A DNA stretch of 64,000 nt from positions 8,382,962 to 8,446,961 of the forward strand of contig NC_134034.1 of the NCBI RefSeq assembly GCF_964204645.1. The letters run 5' to 3'. Within the stretch, counting starts at the first letter, position 1; every line of letters begins with the position of its first letter. The position numbers and the translations under genes were made by a program. Of the stretch, positions 61,335 through 64,000 are shown one piece after another. This DNA comes from Tubulanus polymorphus. Lineage: Eukaryota > Animalia > Nemertea. Below the pieces are notes generated by a model, which worked only from the letters and a program-made list of their open reading frames with translations, searched no databases and had not been told where the DNA came from.

Positions 61335-64000
61335 AGTATGTAGGAATTAGTTGTTTCAAATCAAAGGTCATAAAAAATGAAAAAATAAATTCTCGCACGC
61401 TCGAATTTATTTTTTCATTTTTTATGAGCCCCTTCAACCTTTGATATGAAACAACTAATTCCTATATACTCTTAAAATATTCATATATATGAACATAATT
61501 TACATGAATTTCATATTATTATTACTATTATAAATAAATAATGAAATATATTTTTATAAATAAATAAAATAAAATGAAATAAATAATACAGTGATATTAT
61601 TATTAGATTATAAATAAAATAAAATAAAATAATTAATGAAGTTATATTATTATTATTATAAATAAATAATGAAATATATTTTTATAAATAAATAAAATAA
61701 AATAATAGAGTGATATTATTATTATTATTATTATTATTACTATAAATAAATAAATGATGAAATATATTTTTATAAATAAATAAAATGAAATAAAATAGAA
61801 TAAATAATAGAGTCATTTTATTATTAGATTAAAACTAAAATAAAATAAAATAAAATAAAATAATTAATGAAGTCATATTTTTTAGTAATAGGAAAAGTAG
61901 GGGTTCAAGCCAAGGTCGGAGGTCGAGCTATTATAGATAGATAGATAGATATATTTAAAACATATTTCAATATTTATATTTGTATGAGTTAGATTTTTAA
62001 ACATTAAAAGTGTCAGTAAAGTGTGATTGAAATAATTCATATATATATGAATAACATATAAATGAATAACTTTTAAAATCAATTTTAATAAAAAATTTAG
62101 TATTAAAATGGAAGCAAATAAGTACTACTGTTCAACATGCCAAATCAATATAGATAAATCTCAAAAAGCAAGACACAATAAAACTAAAACACGTTTAGAG
62201 AATAAATTAAAGTTAAAATATAAAGATGATATATTAGAAACTAAATTAGATGAATTAAAGAATGAAAAAGAAATATATAAATGTGATACGTGTAATCAAT
62301 CATTCAGTGATAAAAGATATTATAAAGAACATTTAAAATCTAAAAGTCATATTAGAAATAAGAATAATGATATTTTAGGTGAGGATCATTTTGATAAAGA
62401 TAATAATAAGAAACAGAAGACAATTAAAAGAATAAAAAATAAATTAAACAATAAAAGACCATATATGGAAGATGTAAGAAATTATATTAATTCATTAGAT
62501 AATAAAAAAGAAATAGAAATAACCGAAGCATTTAAAAGTGATATTGGTCCAGCAGCTATTGAGTTTAAAATTCATAAAGGAAAAACATTAGGAGAAAATA
62601 AAAAACATTTAGAAAATATGAAAAATATTATAAAAATAATTACATATGTTGAATACCCTAAAATTAGTATATCTTCTAAAGTAAAGTTTATAAAATCTGA
62701 AGATAAACAAATATATAATGTAAATTCTCATTCACAACATATTATTTCAAAACAACATATAGATGATAAATTAGATAAATGTTATAAAATAGAAGAGAAA
62801 TATTTTGAAGGATCAGGTTTAATATTTGATGTAATAATATTTATGACTTACATGTTTATAACACAAAATATAATAAGTTAACTAAATCAAAACCAATTGA
62901 TGAAAATAATTTATCATATTATAAAGATGATAGTATAAATGGATCAAGTTATATCCAATTACCATTTAGAACTAATGCTGTTATAAATGTACAAAATTCT
63001 GATGATAAATGTTTTCTATGGTCAATTATTAGTTGCTTACATCCTGCAACTGATAATTTTTGTAGAGTATCAAAGTATAAACCATTTGAAAACAATTATA
63101 AGATAGACAATTATCCTGTTAGAATTAAAAATATGCCAAAAATAGAAAGAGATAATAATATAAAGATAAATGTGTTAAAATGTGTTAAATGTGATAAATT
63201 TAGTCAAATTGCCAAAAACAAAAGGTAATAATATTAAACATCATACATTAGAACCTCTATACTTATCAAAAGATTATGATTCAAATGATGTTATAGATAT
63301 ATTATATTATGAGAATCATTATATGTGGATTAAAAGAATTGATTTATCTTTTAAATCAGAAAATGATTTTGATAATAAAATATACCTATGTAGAAAATGT
63401 TTACATAAATTCATAACTGAAAGTGCATTATTAAATCATAAACAATTATGTGATAATCATGATTATTGTAAAATAGTTTTACCAAATGAAAAGGATAAAA
63501 TATTAGAATTCAAAAAATATGATTACAAGAATAAAATACCATTTGTAATATATGGAGATTTTGAATCATTAAATAAAGAATTAACTGATCAAGATAGAAA
63601 AGAAATATATTATAAAAGAAAGAAATTCTAATGAAAATGATATAATTGATTATTGAAATCCCCTAATAACAAATACAATTAAAAAGATTCATCAATCAGC
63701 TGCAGCTTTTGGATTATATATCAAATCTGATTATCCAGAACTAATTAAAAGTGAATATCATTATAGAAATGAAAATGTTATCAATCATTTTTGTGACTTA
63801 TTAATTGAGTATGAAATCAAATTTAGTAAACTATTAGATACAAAAATAGAAATTATAATGACGGAAGAAGATAAAGAAGAATTTGAGTTTGCAGATAAAT
63901 GTTTTTATTGCGAAAAGATATTTAATTTTAGAGATGAAAAAGTAAGAGACCATAATCATTTGAATGGAAAGTTTAGAGGCGCAGCGCATGAGAATTGTAA
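61335..64000 (+). mobile_element. Decayed Polinton/adintovirus-like PolB element (copy B) with terminal hairpin at 61335-61470; runs off window
   Basis: Closely homologous to copy A. ORF starts at 62108 with two zinc fingers, then frameshifted GSSYIQLP, DDKCFLWSI, PFVIYGDFESL and VRDHNHLNGKFRGAAH. Confidence 0.8.
61505..61880. repeat. Very AT-rich degenerate tandem repeat inside PolB copy B, absent from copy A
   Basis: Recurrent tgaaatatatttttataaataaataaaat and tattattatt blocks about 100-125 bp apart. Confidence 0.75.

Overview
Eukaryotic DNA, probably from a marine invertebrate. Bases 1-49550 are the last ~4.5 units of a tandem array of replication-dependent histone genes. The unit is ~10.24-10.27 kb, arranged H2B(-) H2A(+) H4(+) H3(+), with no H1 or 5S gene seen. 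Two unrelated non-LTR retrotransposons sit in the array. (1) An L1/Tx1-type element with an open ORF2 and a 2.5 kb structured 3' UTR is inserted after codon 10 of H4, with a 13-15 bp target-site duplication. (2) An I/Jockey-group LINE ending in (CTG)n is inserted twice, at the same nucleotide, in a GC palindrome of the H2B core promoter. Its 3' UTR carries a 15-nt sequence antisense to the histone mRNA stem-loop. The array ends at the second of these insertions, which is fused head-to-head to a decayed near-full-length copy. Beyond it are two divergent, decayed Polinton/adintovirus-like PolB elements, each capped by a homologous fold-back hairpin. Between them lie CUB-domain pseudo-exons, a Tc1/mariner MITE, a tRNA-SINE head and tandem hammerhead-like repeats. 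The best candidate for a new system is histone-array-targeted retrotransposition, analogous to R1/R2 in rDNA. All coordinates and comparisons were made by eye and no database was searched.
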